A stretch of DNA of 64,000 nucleotides from Lepidodermella squamata (GCA_047495785.1 JBLDXI010000003.1:1674001-1738000); one strand, 5' to 3'. Positions 1 to 13,713 are shown, numbered from the stretch's first letter. The notes: generated from the letters alone by a model not told the origin. Made by a program: numbers and translations.

Positions 1-885
1 TAATTTTGTTTGAAAAATCGAGGAATATATGAAAAATCGAAAAATTGTTGAAAAGATGAACAAGATAGAATTCCATCTTGATACTATTTGTCCAATTTCA
101 GTTGAAGAATTGAACTGTGCAGGTAATAATTGCGTAGTTAAAGCTTCGCTACTTGCAATACTTCGCTCCGAGATGTTCAAAGGTAGTTGAATTTGAATAT
201 AATGCCAGTTTTTAATATTTTAGCTGCTTATATTTATCTATTATCGATTTTGTTTACTTTCGATGAGATTTTCAGTAGTATCATTAGAACCCATTTCGTT
301 ATATTGTCTTTATGAGACAGAAGTTTCTGAGCTATTCATTATTTTAGATTTTCTGGAATATTTCATAATTAATTTTTTGAATAATCAATTTCGTCTAAAT
401 AACCGCCAATATAGAGGTTCCAGCACTGAAGTCAAGGGGATTTGACTTTTTCCTATTATGTGGGATTTTTTATTTTTTTAGCGATACTGAGGCCCCTAAG
501 GCTACGGATTTTTATTTGATTTTCCTTCTTCCGGGTACTTCAATAAGTGAGACAATGTTGATTGCTGGCTGCCCAGACTTCCGATATTGAAAAAATCACT
601 GATTTGTAAAATCGATACTTGAAATCGATATCGGCTGAGGAGAAATCGATAATGAGCGAAATATCAGTTGTTATCAGTTGGGCATGAAAATAATTTGAAT
701 AGAGCCTAGCCATATTTTGCAAAAATCTCTTGCTGGTTTTAGCTTGGCCCATCCTAATTTTCAATTTCTAGATATATTCGAAATTTCATTTTCAATTATC
801 TTTTAGTGGATCCGTGATTGTTCTGATTGGCTCTATCTTGCGAATGGGCTCTTATCATTTGTTTGTTTTTTGTCCGTTTTCTCAG

Positions 886-3800
886 GTCAAAAGCCGAATA
901 TCACCGAGGGTCTGGGTAAAACCGGGGTCAAGGACCAAATGGAGGACGCTGATTGGCTGCAACTCGCCATCAACCTGCAAAACCGTCTCGGCCGGCGCGA
1001 AGCCGAGCGCCGCGCCGCCGACGGCAAGCAACCGGCCTTCAACGTGTGCATCAACGACGGCGGCTACGAGGTCGGCCGCAATTACGTGCTGATGGCCCGC
1101 GTCGAGGGCCGCCCCGCCCCGGTGGTCACGTGGTACCGTAACGACGAGGCGTTGCATGACGGCTATCGCGTCGCCACGTTTTCGTCGACAGAATCTGGCC
1201 ACGCTTGGCTGACCCTGCTCATGGCGAAGCCGCATGATGCTGCTGTGTATAAATGCGTGGCTAGGAATGCGTTTGGTATCGCCCGTTGCCGTAGTCGGGT
1301 GTCGGAGGGTGACGTGCCCGGGGCGCCGGGTCGTCCCGTTATCAGTGACATCTCGTCGACGGAGGCTTTCGTGCTCTGGGATGCGCCGAAAGAGACTGGA
1401 AATATCGGCAGCCGATACTATAAGGTAAAAAGCTTTAACAGAAATCTCTTGAAAAAACTGAATTTTTAAGGATTTATTTGTTAAGAAATTTGTTAAATTC
1501 ATTAAAATCAAATTTAATAAAAATATCAAACTTTTTTGAAATTAAATTTTGGAGTTATTAAAAATTGAAAAATTAGATTTCAATTAAATCTGAAATTTGT
1601 TGAAATATTTCGAAATTTTTTCATTGGACTCAGATTTTTCAATTTTGTTCGCAAACTAAGAAGTATAAAAGCTTCTTTCAGCTTTAGCTAATGCTTGGGA
1701 AAATGTTTGCTGAATTTCCCAAACATTTTGCTTAAAATTACATATACTTAAGTAGCGTTTGGAATTGTTGGAATTGTTAGGCCCGATTGCTTATTTATAA
1801 AAACTTTGAGGAAAAATGGAAAATTATGAGTAACGTCACTCATCTTTCGTCTTCAATTTCTCTCCACGATTCGAAATTCCCTCAAAAAAACCCGGAAAAC
1901 CCGATGGTAACTTTTTCGGTCATTTTCGGTATTTATTCACTTGAACTAACTTATCCGGATTTTTTCATATTTCTGTTGGAAATATTCATACTATTCTGTT
2001 TTCCGGACTTGGAATGCAGAGTATTTTTACACCTTTTTCAGTTTAACACCAATTTATTATCATTTTCATTTTATTTCAGGTCGATTATCGCGCTGAAACC
2101 GCTGAAAAGTGGACATGCGCCGGCTACACAATCGACGAAGCTGCGTACGTGACCGGCCTGCGCCCCAACACCATCTACCGGTTCCGCGTGTCGTGCGGCA
2201 ACCGCCTCAGCCTCGGCAACTACAGCTACGGCTCGATCGAGGTGCGAACCAAAGAAACCGGCTCGTTCTCAAGCGACAACGACGAGCGGTCAATCATCGC
2301 CTCGTCACGCCAATTCTCTTGCCCGCCCATCGCCATATCGCTGCAGAAGGGCCGCCAATTCTTCCTCGAATACTCATCAGTCACAAATGTCACGTCAACC
2401 CCAGATTTCTTCAACATTGTCGACCCAACAGTTAAACGGCCGCTGGAAATCGCCCAGGGCACGGATACTATGCAACTTGTCTCGAATGAGTTCAAAATCG
2501 GCGACAGCCTTAAGCGCCAAGTTGGCGTGTCGATGAGCCACGTGACTGAGGTGAAAACCGGGCGCAAATTCGTGCTGAAAACCGCCTCGAAAACATCAGC
2601 GGCTGGGTTGAAATTAGCCCGCCAGCTCGAGGTCCTACGCGATTTAGAGTCAAACCGCATCGAGTTAATCCGAGCGGCCTTCGAAACGCCGGAAGAGCTA
2701 TCGACAATCAGCCTGCCCGTTAACCCAGATCTGGACATTGTGCAACATTTGTGTTTTAAGAACAAATATTCAGAGAACGATGTGGCGACCGTTGTTAGGC
2801 AGCTGCTCGATGCGCTGCACTACCTGCACAAACGCCGCGTTGTTCACAGCAATTTGAACCCGCGCTGCGTGCTCGTCGACGATGTGCTGTCGCTCAAGGT
2901 TCGCCTGTGCGGCTTCGACCACGCGTGTTTGATTGACGTTGGCGCGAGCGAGGCGGTGCGGGCGCCGTTTTCCGATGACGATTCGGATGTTGATGTGCAG
3001 TTTGTTGCGCCTGAGCTGCTGGGCGCCGGCAAGGAGGCGGCTGTTTCGTACCAGACAGATGCGTGGTCGCTGGCGGCTCTCACCTTCGTGCTGTGAGTTT
3101 AATTAAATATAACCGGATTTTTTTTATCGGCTAAATTAAACTGGGGGAAATTAATTATTAAGGCGGATCGAAACGTCTAGCAATTCAGTGCAATTTCTTT
3201 GCCAAAATTAAAAAAATCAATGTCAGAAACTATTTTTTACTGGGCAGAATTACGCAACTGCAAGTTGATTTTTAGAGATATTTTGTATTTTTTTTCCTAA
3301 ATTTTATCATTCTGAACCTTTCTCCGCGATTTTATTTCGAAGGAATCCCGAAAAATAGTTCGGTAGTTTTTATTTTACCTGAATTACTTCAATTTTTTCA
3401 AAAAAATTTTAAAATATTTAATTTATCTTAATTCTAAAAATAACTGAAAAATGAATTGAAGAGATGAAATTTTTTTCGAATATTCGAATAAAAGAAATTT
3501 TGAGTCGGATTACTCAGGTGCTATTCGCGATTTCTTTTAGAAAAAAATCATTCATTTTTGATTATTTGGTGAAATTGAAGATTTCGTAAAATTACAAAAT
3601 TGATTTTGGTGGTCAATTTTCTAAAATTTGGAACGAATAATCACCAAGAAAAGAACCATTAAGCAATTCCTATGTTTTTCCTTTAATTTTTCCCATGGGC
3701 ACATTTTTGAGGTTGAGTCAGATTTGAAATATTTTTTGAACAATTTTTTGAGTTTCCAAATTGTTGGAAAAAATTATTTATTTGTTATTGGTAAAAGCTG

Positions 3801-4405
3801 TTGATAGAATTCTCCATCGATTATCCGCGATTTCACCGAACGATTCCGAAGGAAACCCGGAAAACCCGACTGTTAATTGTTCGGTAATTATCGGTTCGAA
3901 AACTTAAATTTTGAAACTCAAAAATGATCATTTCTAAAAATTCGACTCAACTTCAAAAATTTGGCACCATAAGTTATCCGCGATTTCACCGAAAAATGCC
4001 GAAGAGAACCCGAATGTAAATTATTCGGTAATTTTCGGGATTTAACCTGGTATGAACGAATTTCATGCCATATGAAAATCTTTCTTGAATAGAATTGATG
4101 AAAAAGAAAAATATGTTATTTTTATTTTCAGATTGAGCGGTGATGCTCCGTTCAGTACCGGCAGTGATACGAAGAACAAGATTCGCGAGGCTGAATGGCG
4201 GTCGGAAGATTTGTACGAAAACACGACTAAACCAGCGTTCAAGTACCTCGTTCAAACCCTGAAAGCAGCGCCGCTGCACCGTCTCACCGCCGAGGAGGCG
4301 CAGGAACACAGGTGGCTGGCGCTGACCGAGGAAGCGTCCACAACCCGCCAAGCCGTTTCTTTCTCGACTGCCAAACTTCGAAGCTACAACAATGCCCGAA
4401 AATGA
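886..4405 (+). CDS. 3' portion of an obscurin/UNC-89/SPEG-like giant muscle protein (Ig - FN3 - C-terminal pseudokinase); 5' part lies outside the window
   Basis: Exons 886-1424, 2080-3092, 4132-4405 join in frame at GT-AG sites. I-set Ig (VEGRPAPVVTWYRN...DAAVYKCVARNAFG), FN3 (PGAPGRP...WDAP...GLRPNTIYRFRV), then a kinase fold (FVLK, HSNLNP, LCGFD, FVAPE, DAWSL, RLTAEEAQEHRW). An Ig-FN3-kinase C-terminus is typical of UNC-89/obscurin. Confidence 0.8.
1860..4040. repeat. Dispersed ~60-70 bp imperfect hairpin-like repeat in obscurin introns (copies at ~1860-1930, ~3320-3370, ~3820-3895, ~3973-4040)
   Basis: Shared core tc(t/a)ccgcgatt...ccgaa...acccg(g)aa...ttcggt(a/c)att(a/t)tcgg, with ccga/tcgg self-complementarity, in each copy. 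Confidence 0.5.
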
Positions 4406-4922
4406 GAGAATAAACTCTGTATTCGTTATTTATTACAAGAATTTTCCCTGAATTTTATAATCATTTTTTTACCTGGCGCGTGAATTTTTATGCGTGTTTA
4501 AAATTTATCCTCGACGACGAAAAAAATGGGTCAAAAATCGTACCTCTTGCCCGTTCAAATTGAAGGAAAACTCTGGCTATCGATCACAATTTTCTTCCTT
4601 TCTATACTATAATAGCTGCCTTAAATCGAAATCTCTGTATAAAAATGGGTGCATATTTGAATAATAATTTAAAATACTCGTATGATCTGTGAATATTGAT
4701 GTATTAATCTGATATACGCTCTATACTGCTGGTGTTGAAGGTCGGAAAACTTGCTGACAAGTAAAAAGTTGCTTACCTGGGGTGAAATAATTCTCGAAGA
4801 TTGACAGCGTGCGGGAATGTGGCGGAAACGGGAATTTTTTGTTATGACTACAACGCTTGGAGATGCGGCGACACGGATATTCGAAGGCTGAGAAATCGGG
4901 TAAAAGCGCATCATTTAGCATA

Positions 4923-7900
4923 ATGATGATTTCGCTATGTTTCGCATTACTGCTTTTGGACACGTGTTGCTTGCAGCTGGCTGGCGGTGGGAAAACGTTC
5001 TACAGGCTGCCTGGTCAGAAGCCGATAGCAGCAATTCAGGGCGATGCTTTGGCTAACTATCTATTATCCTCGTAAGCTCGAAATGATGAGCAAATTCAAA
5101 GCCATGCGCTAATGTCAAAGGGTCAAAGGGTTCGATTATTGGGGCGGTTTCGCGACGGAAATAAAATGTAAAATTGTTTCTAGCGAAAGGATATAGGGTT
5201 GTCGTGCGATGTTTACAACTTAAGATTAGCGATTGAAAATAGCCGAAAAGCTCGAAATTTGGGGTTGGGTAGCCTCATTTCGGGGGTGGCTAGATAAACC
5301 CTTATATCTGATAGAAAAAGTTTGAATTTTATTTTGGCCGTAAAACTGCCTCAAAAGTGTCGTACAATTGCGTAACGCGGTGACATTTTAAGGCGTGCTA
5401 CCAGTGACGTTAACAATTAACCGGATGCTATCGCTTACAAACCATTTTCTGCTACGGCTCAATTTGTACTTGCATAAGGTTCAGGTTTGGGTATTTTAGG
5501 TCATGGGGACTTTAGGGGAATGGTTAGCTGTTAGCGTTAGGACTACGGTTAGTCTTAGATCTTATTTCAGGGCTGGTTCTAGGGTTGCCATTTGTGAAAC
5601 TTGATCTTTTGGGTTGAAGTTTAAGGCACGGTTAGCCAGAGGCGTAACCAGCCTCTCACGGTTGGAGGGCCTGGGTCATATTTTCAGGGTGCGCTTAAGG
5701 ATCCAAGAGCTATCAGCTATCAGCTATCAGTATCAGGCTATATTTACGGTTCGGTTGAAGTTGAAGTTGAAAGATTATAAGCGAATGCAGCAGCTGGGTT
5801 CGGCATAACATAAGAATAGATTGGAGTTGTTGCTCATTAAAACGGAAGAAATGGCGTAAATCTCTATGAGAAAAATACTATATAAACTTCCAAAATCACT
5901 CCGTGTAACTTTAGGTCTTTGCTGAACACTGAAAATCACTGTGCATCGGCCTGCGTTACTACTCAGGGCTGCAATGCTGCGTATTACAGAAAATCGGACA
6001 GCACGTGTTATCTGTACTCGGTATCGGTGTCAATGAATCAACTGACCACAGGAGCTGCAGCATCTCAGGACATCACGTTCGACCTTGCTTCAAATGTGAA
6101 ATCAGGCGGTAGTAATGGCGGCCGAGAGAAAGCAATGGCACAGGCTAAAAGAGCGACCAAAGCCTTACTGGACGCTATCAATAAACGTAATTTAAGTCAT
6201 GCTAGGTATTACCAAGCTATACACGCTATTTAAGCCTGCCAAAATGCGCAACCACTCGGGATGCGAGCGCATCCTGGTACTGGCGATCTATGGGACATTT
6301 ATTCGCTCGCCATCCGAAATGACCAACTGATCAGCGGCGCTAATCCCCAGACGGCTCCTCATATTAAAACAAGCTTTGGGCGACTTAACCTGAACTCAGA
6401 ATACTGGAGTGGAACACTTGTCTACTACGCTGGGCAAAGCACGAACTACCCTCTATCTTACTATCAAGTAAAACTATTCATTTATCGATGATCAAAACAG
6501 TCATTGTTTTAACCGCACAATAAGGTTTCGTTCGACACTTTTGTGTGGCTGCACCGTATAGACTTGAAGCCAATGGGATGGACGTTCACATCTTCGCTTG
6601 CGTACAGCCTAGACGGAAACACATGGCTGGATTACTTGTCACCCGCTGGGAGTGTTCAAATTTTAAATCATACTTTGGTGTATAACAGCCAGGCAACCGT
6701 GAGCCTTACACTTTGGAAACCGCTGCTAACTCATCATATCCGCATTCAACCACGTACGTGGATTAGCACTAATTATGGCTTGCAAATCGAGTTTATTGGT
6801 TGCCAAGCATCATGTCGTGGTAAGCTTCATACTGTATAGGGTTTTCATTGTGCCTGGTTCATCGGTTTACTATTTAAAATCGGAAGGATTTTTGTATATT
6901 TCAAGTCTTTAAATTTTTGACAGATTCAAATTTCGATTAAGGGGGGAAGGGTTGCGAGTTGCGAATGTTCAGCAAAACAAGTAGTATTCCAATCTTTGAG
7001 ACTGCATTTTTCCACAGAGCCCCTCGGAATTGAAGCTATGGAGTTAGATTCTTCCCAATTCTCTCAGTCCTCTTCAAGCAATTGTAACCGCACCGCTAAG
7101 TACGCGAACCTTAACAATCCTTGGCACGGTTGGATTGGGGGAAGCCTCGACTTGGCAGAATGGATTCAAGCCGATTTTCAGAAAAATCACATTGTGAGAT
7201 ATATTCTCATTTTGACCTCTAATCTAAGCCTTATTTTAGATCACTGGAGTTTCTACAATGCTCGCCAGGCCAAACCCAGCCGGCCTTCTAGGGGCCACTC
7301 AATTCACCTTGGCCTATTGCAGTGATCCGGATTGTGACGGTGCAAATTTTCAGGACGTCCGAAGCCTCGGATCATCCTCAGCACAGGTTGGAAAGTGCAT
7401 AAATTCTTAGCAATTCCACCCATTGAATTCTAGGTGTTTTCGAGCGCTAATTCTGGAGATGGCTATACGACCAGCTTTTTCGACTATCCAATCATCGCGC
7501 GGATGATACGCTTGATTATCTGGCAGTATTCTACTATGCCGGGAATTAGGTGGGAGATTCTTGGCTGCCGAGGTTCATTTCTTCGAACAATTGAACTGTC
7601 CTCTAAGGTCTCCCATTTTAGAAGTTCCAAATATTATCTTCAAAGCTCCTGATTTGGCTCTTTCGAAGCCCGCGATTTCGTCAACAGGTACTGGATTCAG
7701 CAGAATATCCGCGGTGGAATCGGGCAAGTTAACGGACCAACCTCATCGTGACAATCAAGGTCGGCTGCGCTCTTGCATCCGCGTTGATCCTGTTCCAAAT
7801 AACCAATCGTATGTTTCTATCGACCTTGGGAACATCCAAGCGATGACAGATTTGGCGATAACGCCGCCAAGACTTTACTCCGCCCTTGAGCCTGTCGGTT

Positions 7901-10900
7901 TGTGGCTTTTGGACGCGATGACAATGGTGAACGATCTAAGCGGGCAGGGTGCCGATGGCTTAGTTTCGCCGTGGGTGGAGCTGGTTGCCGGGCCATTTGG
8001 TAAACCGAAAACTGCCTTCAGATTCCCGTCTACAGTCGAAACAGCGGCTGTTCTCATACCGAAATCAGCACCGACTGCTATATCCCATTTCCCGAGTACT
8101 GATTACTCGATTTTCATGTGGGCGTATGTCGCAAATGGTTCGTGGAATGGTGGTTATGCTCACTTGCTTCAGTTCAATGTTGACGACGCTGTGGGGTAAA
8201 AAATTACGGAAGCAGAAGGCGTTAGTAACTTATTGGTTTAATATTAGGTTGTATGTCATTTCCGTGATGCCTCTAGCCAACACATCTCAATACTACGTGA
8301 AGTTGCTCAAGTCAGTAGCTCAAGGTCAATCAAGCGCTCCTTTAGAGGTAAACCGGTGGTACTTTATCGGGGTCGTGTTTGATCGAATTCGAGGTAAAAC
8401 CTGTAATAAAGATCTCTCAAAATTAACTTGATTTTATCAGCGAATTACTTCATTTTGGTCAATAACGTCATTGTTGGCGTGTGGGACCTTCCAGCAAGCT
8501 TCAGCAGTACGATCTGGTCGGATTCATCGATTACTCTCGGGTTTTACACAGCTGGCACTATCCGAAACCAGGAAACACGTATCTCCTGCGTCCAAATTTA
8601 CAATCGATATCTCACACGCAAAGAAATGGATGACGCTATGCTATGCCCATGGCAAAGTAGGAACAGAATAATGTTGCCATTTTTCTTGAATGTATTTTCC
8701 CCACAGCGCCAACTCCTTTGGTATTTTGGCCTTTGGATGGTAAATATGGCCTTAACGACTACATGGGATCATCTGCGATGGGTGCGTCAAAAGGTAGTGG
8801 TGCTTCGATTGGCACATTTCTCACTGGAGCCGCGAATGCTAAATACTCACTCGGAGCTATGACTTTCAATGGGGCCAGCAACGCATTCATGTTCCATGCT
8901 AATTCAAACGGAGAACTTACTTCGCCATACGCTATCACGATTAGCTTTTATGTGATGTGCCAATCTCAAGCAACAACTCAATCAGTTCTCGGGTACCTCC
9001 ACCCTACGGCGTCACCGCCAACCTACTCTCTGGGGGTGACTTGTAAAGATGGTCTATTCAACTTTACGGTGACTTGTCGAAATATGGCTTACACCGGCAT
9101 TTTCTCGGCTAATATGACGTCTAGAATCATGACAATGCAGAGGCTGAGGCATATGGCTATTACATACCACTACGCAACTGGGCAGTTTGCTGTTTACCAC
9201 GAAGCTAATCTTGCAATGTTGAGACAGCTCCCTCAGGGCTGTGAACTTGAGACTTCAGGGCAGTTCAGAGTCGGAGCTTTGCCATCTCCGGCAACATTGA
9301 CTTTAAACGATCGAGTCGCTTGCGTTCAGATATACAACCAAGCCCTGTCAAGCAGAGAAATACAGCAGGTTTCCCGGTGCCCCATCTACGGTGTTAGACC
9401 TGTGATGACGTGGACGACTGATTTCATCTTTCGCTGGGCACAATTATTCACGGACGAGCCTCTTGCATCCGCTGCAGATCAGGTTGCCTATACATCCAAC
9501 TTTTGGTTTGGCTTGTCGCCTTCGCCTCCTCAGCATGCACACAACTTTTCTGCTATATCGTACGTGAACTCTAAAGCAACGATAACTCAGACAATTCAAA
9601 TGCTGAGGACGGGTGCGTTCACAGTTATGCAATGGATGATGCTCAATGCCGCCCCAGCATCCACAGCCGCCGTATTCGCGACTAAAACAACCGCTGGAGT
9701 GGCTCACATCAAACTTACTATATCTCCAGCCCGAATTTTGTAAGTTCTCTCTGTTGGCTTTCAGCTAACTTTGATGGGAGTCTTGGATTTAGAGTAGGGC
9801 AATTGCAGTGTCCTGGTGGTAGTACCTACCAGGTACAATGGACTACTGCGATTGTTACAGGGTCCTGGAATCATTTCGCAATGGCTTATGACAACGTAAC
9901 TGCGACCCTTCAACTTTTCGTTAATGGCCAAACCGTGAATGCAACAACCGGAGCGAGTTGTGCTGATCTATCCTCAACAATCGGCTACCGATTAGGGGGC
10001 GATGATTACGCTGGAGGCACGGCGCCATCTGCCCTATTCAGCTGTATCTACGTCTACAACTCTTCTTTGACCAGCCATGCTATTCAGCATGTAATGAGTG
10101 GCTGCCCGAGTAAAATCGAAAGTATAGCCTTCTTAATTGTTATTTATGTGATCTCGAATCCTTGATTCCTCTTAGTTTCCCCGAGCTCATGCGAGTATCA
10201 CCTTATGCACATGGATGATTGGACACTAGTGGCGATGGACAGTCCAACAAGTTGCGGGCAAATGTCAACGGTAGACAGCCCATCTTGTGAGAAATGCAAT
10301 TCTATATTATATGCTGATAACAAAGTCGTTTTATTCAGGTTTTTGGCGCTCTCTCACCTCATCAGGAGGTTTTATTAGTATTGCTTTCAACCATGACTTT
10401 GAAATAAGAGCCGTCTTGACCTCCGGCAGCCCAGTAGCCGATGAATGGGTTACGTCATACAAGCTTAAATTTTTCTCTAGTCCTAATCTTGCGTCAACTA
10501 TGACTGATAACACCTACCGCGTGAAGGATGTCAATGGAAACGAAATGGTGATTTTTAGCCTAGATTCCGCCCACTCTAGCCTAATTCTCATAATCGTAGG
10601 TTTTCATCGGAAATTATGACAGAGATTCTGTTATTGAGAACCGACTGCCGTATGCGGCCAGAGGTCGCTACGCAGTTATCGACGTAATTACAAGCAACAA
10701 TTGGCCCGCTATGCGAATAGGATTCAAAGGTTGCAAAGGTTAGTCCGAAAAAATCACGCAACACTTTGACCGCATCATTTTTTCATAGCTCGTACTTGCA
10801 ATCGGCGTTTGATTCCCTCTAAAGTTGGCTTCGATGTGATATCAGTCAGCAATTATGACGTCGATTGCGACTCATTCGCATCAAGCTTGATCGAAGCTGG

Positions 10901-12742
10901 TGGCATTTGGTCTTATTCAATTACAAGCCCTTATGAGTCTATAAATGAAATTTTCTGGCAAGTTTCGTTCGGCTATCTGGTCAAAGTTACAAGACTACAA
11001 ATGCGGGGCAGCAATAACGTTTGCTCAAAACCTGGGTGGATATCACGATTTCGCCTTGGCTACAGCTTTGACAACAATCAATGGCTCATGCATAAAGGCG
11101 AGGACGGGTTTGTGCAAGATTTCGCGGCCAACACGGATAGCACAACCATTGTTGAGGTGCCACTTCAAATAAACCCGTTGATAGGCCGCTTCATGCGAAT
11201 TTATCCTACCGCCTATGCTAACGGTAACATCGCAATGGCGACTCGAATCTTTGGCTGTACTATTGAAGATATGGACTCAGCTTTTCCTGCTATTGATATA
11301 ACTCTCGGCAACAATTCCGTGAATAGTATAGCTACAGCCTTGTCGAATCCCAAAATCGCTGGGACTATAACTCAAGGCGAAATCATGGATCGGAAACCTA
11401 TAAGGTTGACAGTTAACCCTTACGCAAAGCCTGGTCGCTACCTCTCAATTTTATCGGCATTTAAAAACGTTGGCTTTGACATTTGCCAGGTCGAAGCTTT
11501 TAGCAGCCCTTGTAAGTCATTTGACCTTTGATGAGCCCCTACCAATATCAATCTAATCAATGTTGTAGCTTCGAATCTCGCTCTCAACCGGAAGGTCATC
11601 CTATCACCTTATTCGCATGCATCCGCTGAAATGTCGAAGCACAGGGCAACAGATGGGGTCACCGCTGCTCTCGAAACCGCGTCTACTGGTTTGTTTGGTG
11701 TCCTTATATCCTTATATTCCTGATTAAACCTTTCAGGTCAAGTTTGTACAATCGGCTCCGCAGGTGTTCCCCCTCTAGAGTTGCCTACTAGCGATTTTCA
11801 CGACGTTACACCTGCTGGGGCTGTTAGAACTACACCGCCGTCATCTTGCACAGGATCAGTTATTCAATGGGAAATTATAATGAGAACAGTGGCCGCTTCA
11901 AGACGTCGTTCAATGGGCAACATAACGACTGTTCCCGGCAATTGCTACCTGCAAAACTATCAAAACTTGAGCGCAACGTCAGCACGACTCAAATCTAGCC
12001 TTAACTTACCTATCTACCCATTCAGTGACAATCTAAGACGCAGATATTTGTAAGTCATTTGTTAGCAATGACTTGAAAGGTCAAGCTTGTCGTTTTCCTA
12101 GTGAATTCACATCGGGCACGGCAATGAATGTGGCCACCGGTGATATTCCCGGTTTCTATCCAGGCGCTGCAAATATCTTGTATTGCGGTATTAGCTACAT
12201 AGGAGGCGCAAATGGCTGGAATCCTTTGGTCTCAACCTCTGGTCCCTTGCCGTGGGAACTTCCTATGTCGATTGAAACCTCGATAGGAACAGTCGTCGAT
12301 CTTAGTTCCAACGCATCCGTTGCATCGAGGTATCGCTATCAACTTGCAAGAGGATACGTCATTGGTAAAGAAATAGATTAAAGCTCCGTAGAATCAACTG
12401 GTTAATGGCTTTGATTTTTCAGATCCCACCGCAGAATTGTGGATAGCAGTAGATTTGTATTTCGCGAGTGTTGTCTCTCGTGTTCTGGTCTACATCGCAG
12501 CGGATCGTTACGGTTATAGTCTGAGGAACACTGAACTGAGGGTCGGAATGTCTCTTTCAAGTATCGAATCCTCCAGCCAACTGTGCGATGTTGTGTTGCC
12601 TCTGAAGGAACTCGACTATCGATACGCTAGCCGACCCCATGAACTATTCTGTCTACAGCCTGCATATGGCCGTTACGTGATCTTAAGGCGCAGAACGCCT
12701 GGACTACTCCCTATCGCGGAAATACTAGTATACTCATTGTGA
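4923..12742 (+). CDS. Large secreted multidomain lectin-like protein: signal peptide, PAN/apple, several F5/8 type C (discoidin), several LamG/pentraxin-like and two F-type-lectin-like domains
   Basis: Signal peptide MMISLCFALLLLDTCC; PAN motif CASACVTTQGCNAAYYRKSDSTCYLY; discoidin motifs (YSLDGNTW...IRIQPRTW...GLQIEFIGC; EWIQADF; EWVTSYKL; RFMRIYP...RIFGC); LamG-like motifs (FWPLDG, WNHFAMAYD, VQIYNQALS); F-type lectin-like motifs (LALSKPA, WIAVDL, GRYVIL). About 20 exons, first 4923-5071, last ending at TGA 12742. Confidence 0.8.
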
Positions 12743-13092
12743 ATAACTAAAAAATGATTCGCATTCAGATCTCTCTCTATTAGTATCAATTATTCTATTC
12801 TATCATACTATATACTATGCCATCAATTAGACGGTGTGAAGTGTGAATAAATAATATGAGTTGAATCTTGATGCATCAATTGTCTTGTTGTTTTTAGGTG
12901 GCTTCATTTTTTTGTAGCATTTCGGTGCATTTGCATTTTTTGTCACCAACACCAAGAGCAAACAAAAAACGCGCATCTTTTTCACTGACATGCTCTTGGC
13001 ACGTTCAAGAGTGATGCTGGGGTTAACAGCCTCTCGTTAGCCACGTCATATATTGATGCGTATATGTGTAGCTGTGAATTAGCTGCCATGTG

Positions 13093-13713
13093 ATGATATT
13101 CTATCGCTGGAAGCTTTGGATATCCGATCACCTGATCCCTTTAGCGTGTTTAGCCATAGTAATTATCAGCCCAATAGCAGCTCAAACGCAATCGGCGAGT
13201 TCTACTACTATCACTACTCCTCTAAGAAATCGCTACATCGATAATGCCGGTATGTTGAGAGTTTCGAAAAAAGGGATTCCGGCTATCTAATGTATTTGCT
13301 TAGTTACCTTGCTCACATGCTACGAAGGAGCAGTTTCGACAAGGTTGAATAATTACTCAAGCTTGGTCAGACCTCCAGGGAATTGCACAATCGGACGGCG
13401 AGGATTTTGCTTTGTGAGTGCAGAAGTATTCACTGATTTCATATAAAAATTACTTATATAATTTTAGCGATATAATGGAGATGGTTTGATTTTTTACGGC
13501 TGTCGCGATCGATGTCAGCCTGATTTCTACCAGTTCTGCTGTTATCGCGATCTATGCAACTATTACAACTCAAATGATACGTTGATTTTCGGATATGGAA
13601 TCGTTGCAAGCAACTCAGCTGCTGAGTTTCTACCAAATTTAGATGCTCTATTGATATTGGCGATAATTCCTATTTCTCTACTGCTAAATCGATCTAAAAC
13701 GAAAAAGATGTGA
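13093..13713 (+). CDS. Ly6/uPAR (three-finger, LU-domain) protein 1, likely GPI-anchored
   Basis: Exons 13093-13249, 13304-13413, 13468-13713: hydrophobic N-terminal segment, LTCYEG...NCTIGRRGFCF-RY...YGCRDRCQPDFYQFCCYRDLCN (8 Cys, terminal CCxxDxCN), hydrophobic C-terminal tail. Confidence 0.8.

Noticed and set aside
882-3083. Long antisense and alternative-frame ORFs over GC-rich exons (e.g. 882-1529, 2226-2765; similarly 21115-21741)
   Set aside because: Shadows of codon bias in real sense-strand exons, with no independent motifs.
5470-5800. Degenerate TTAGG(G)-like tract in lectin intron 1 as an interstitial telomere or Helitron-type element
   Set aside because: Too degenerate; no regular array or element termini could be identified by eye.
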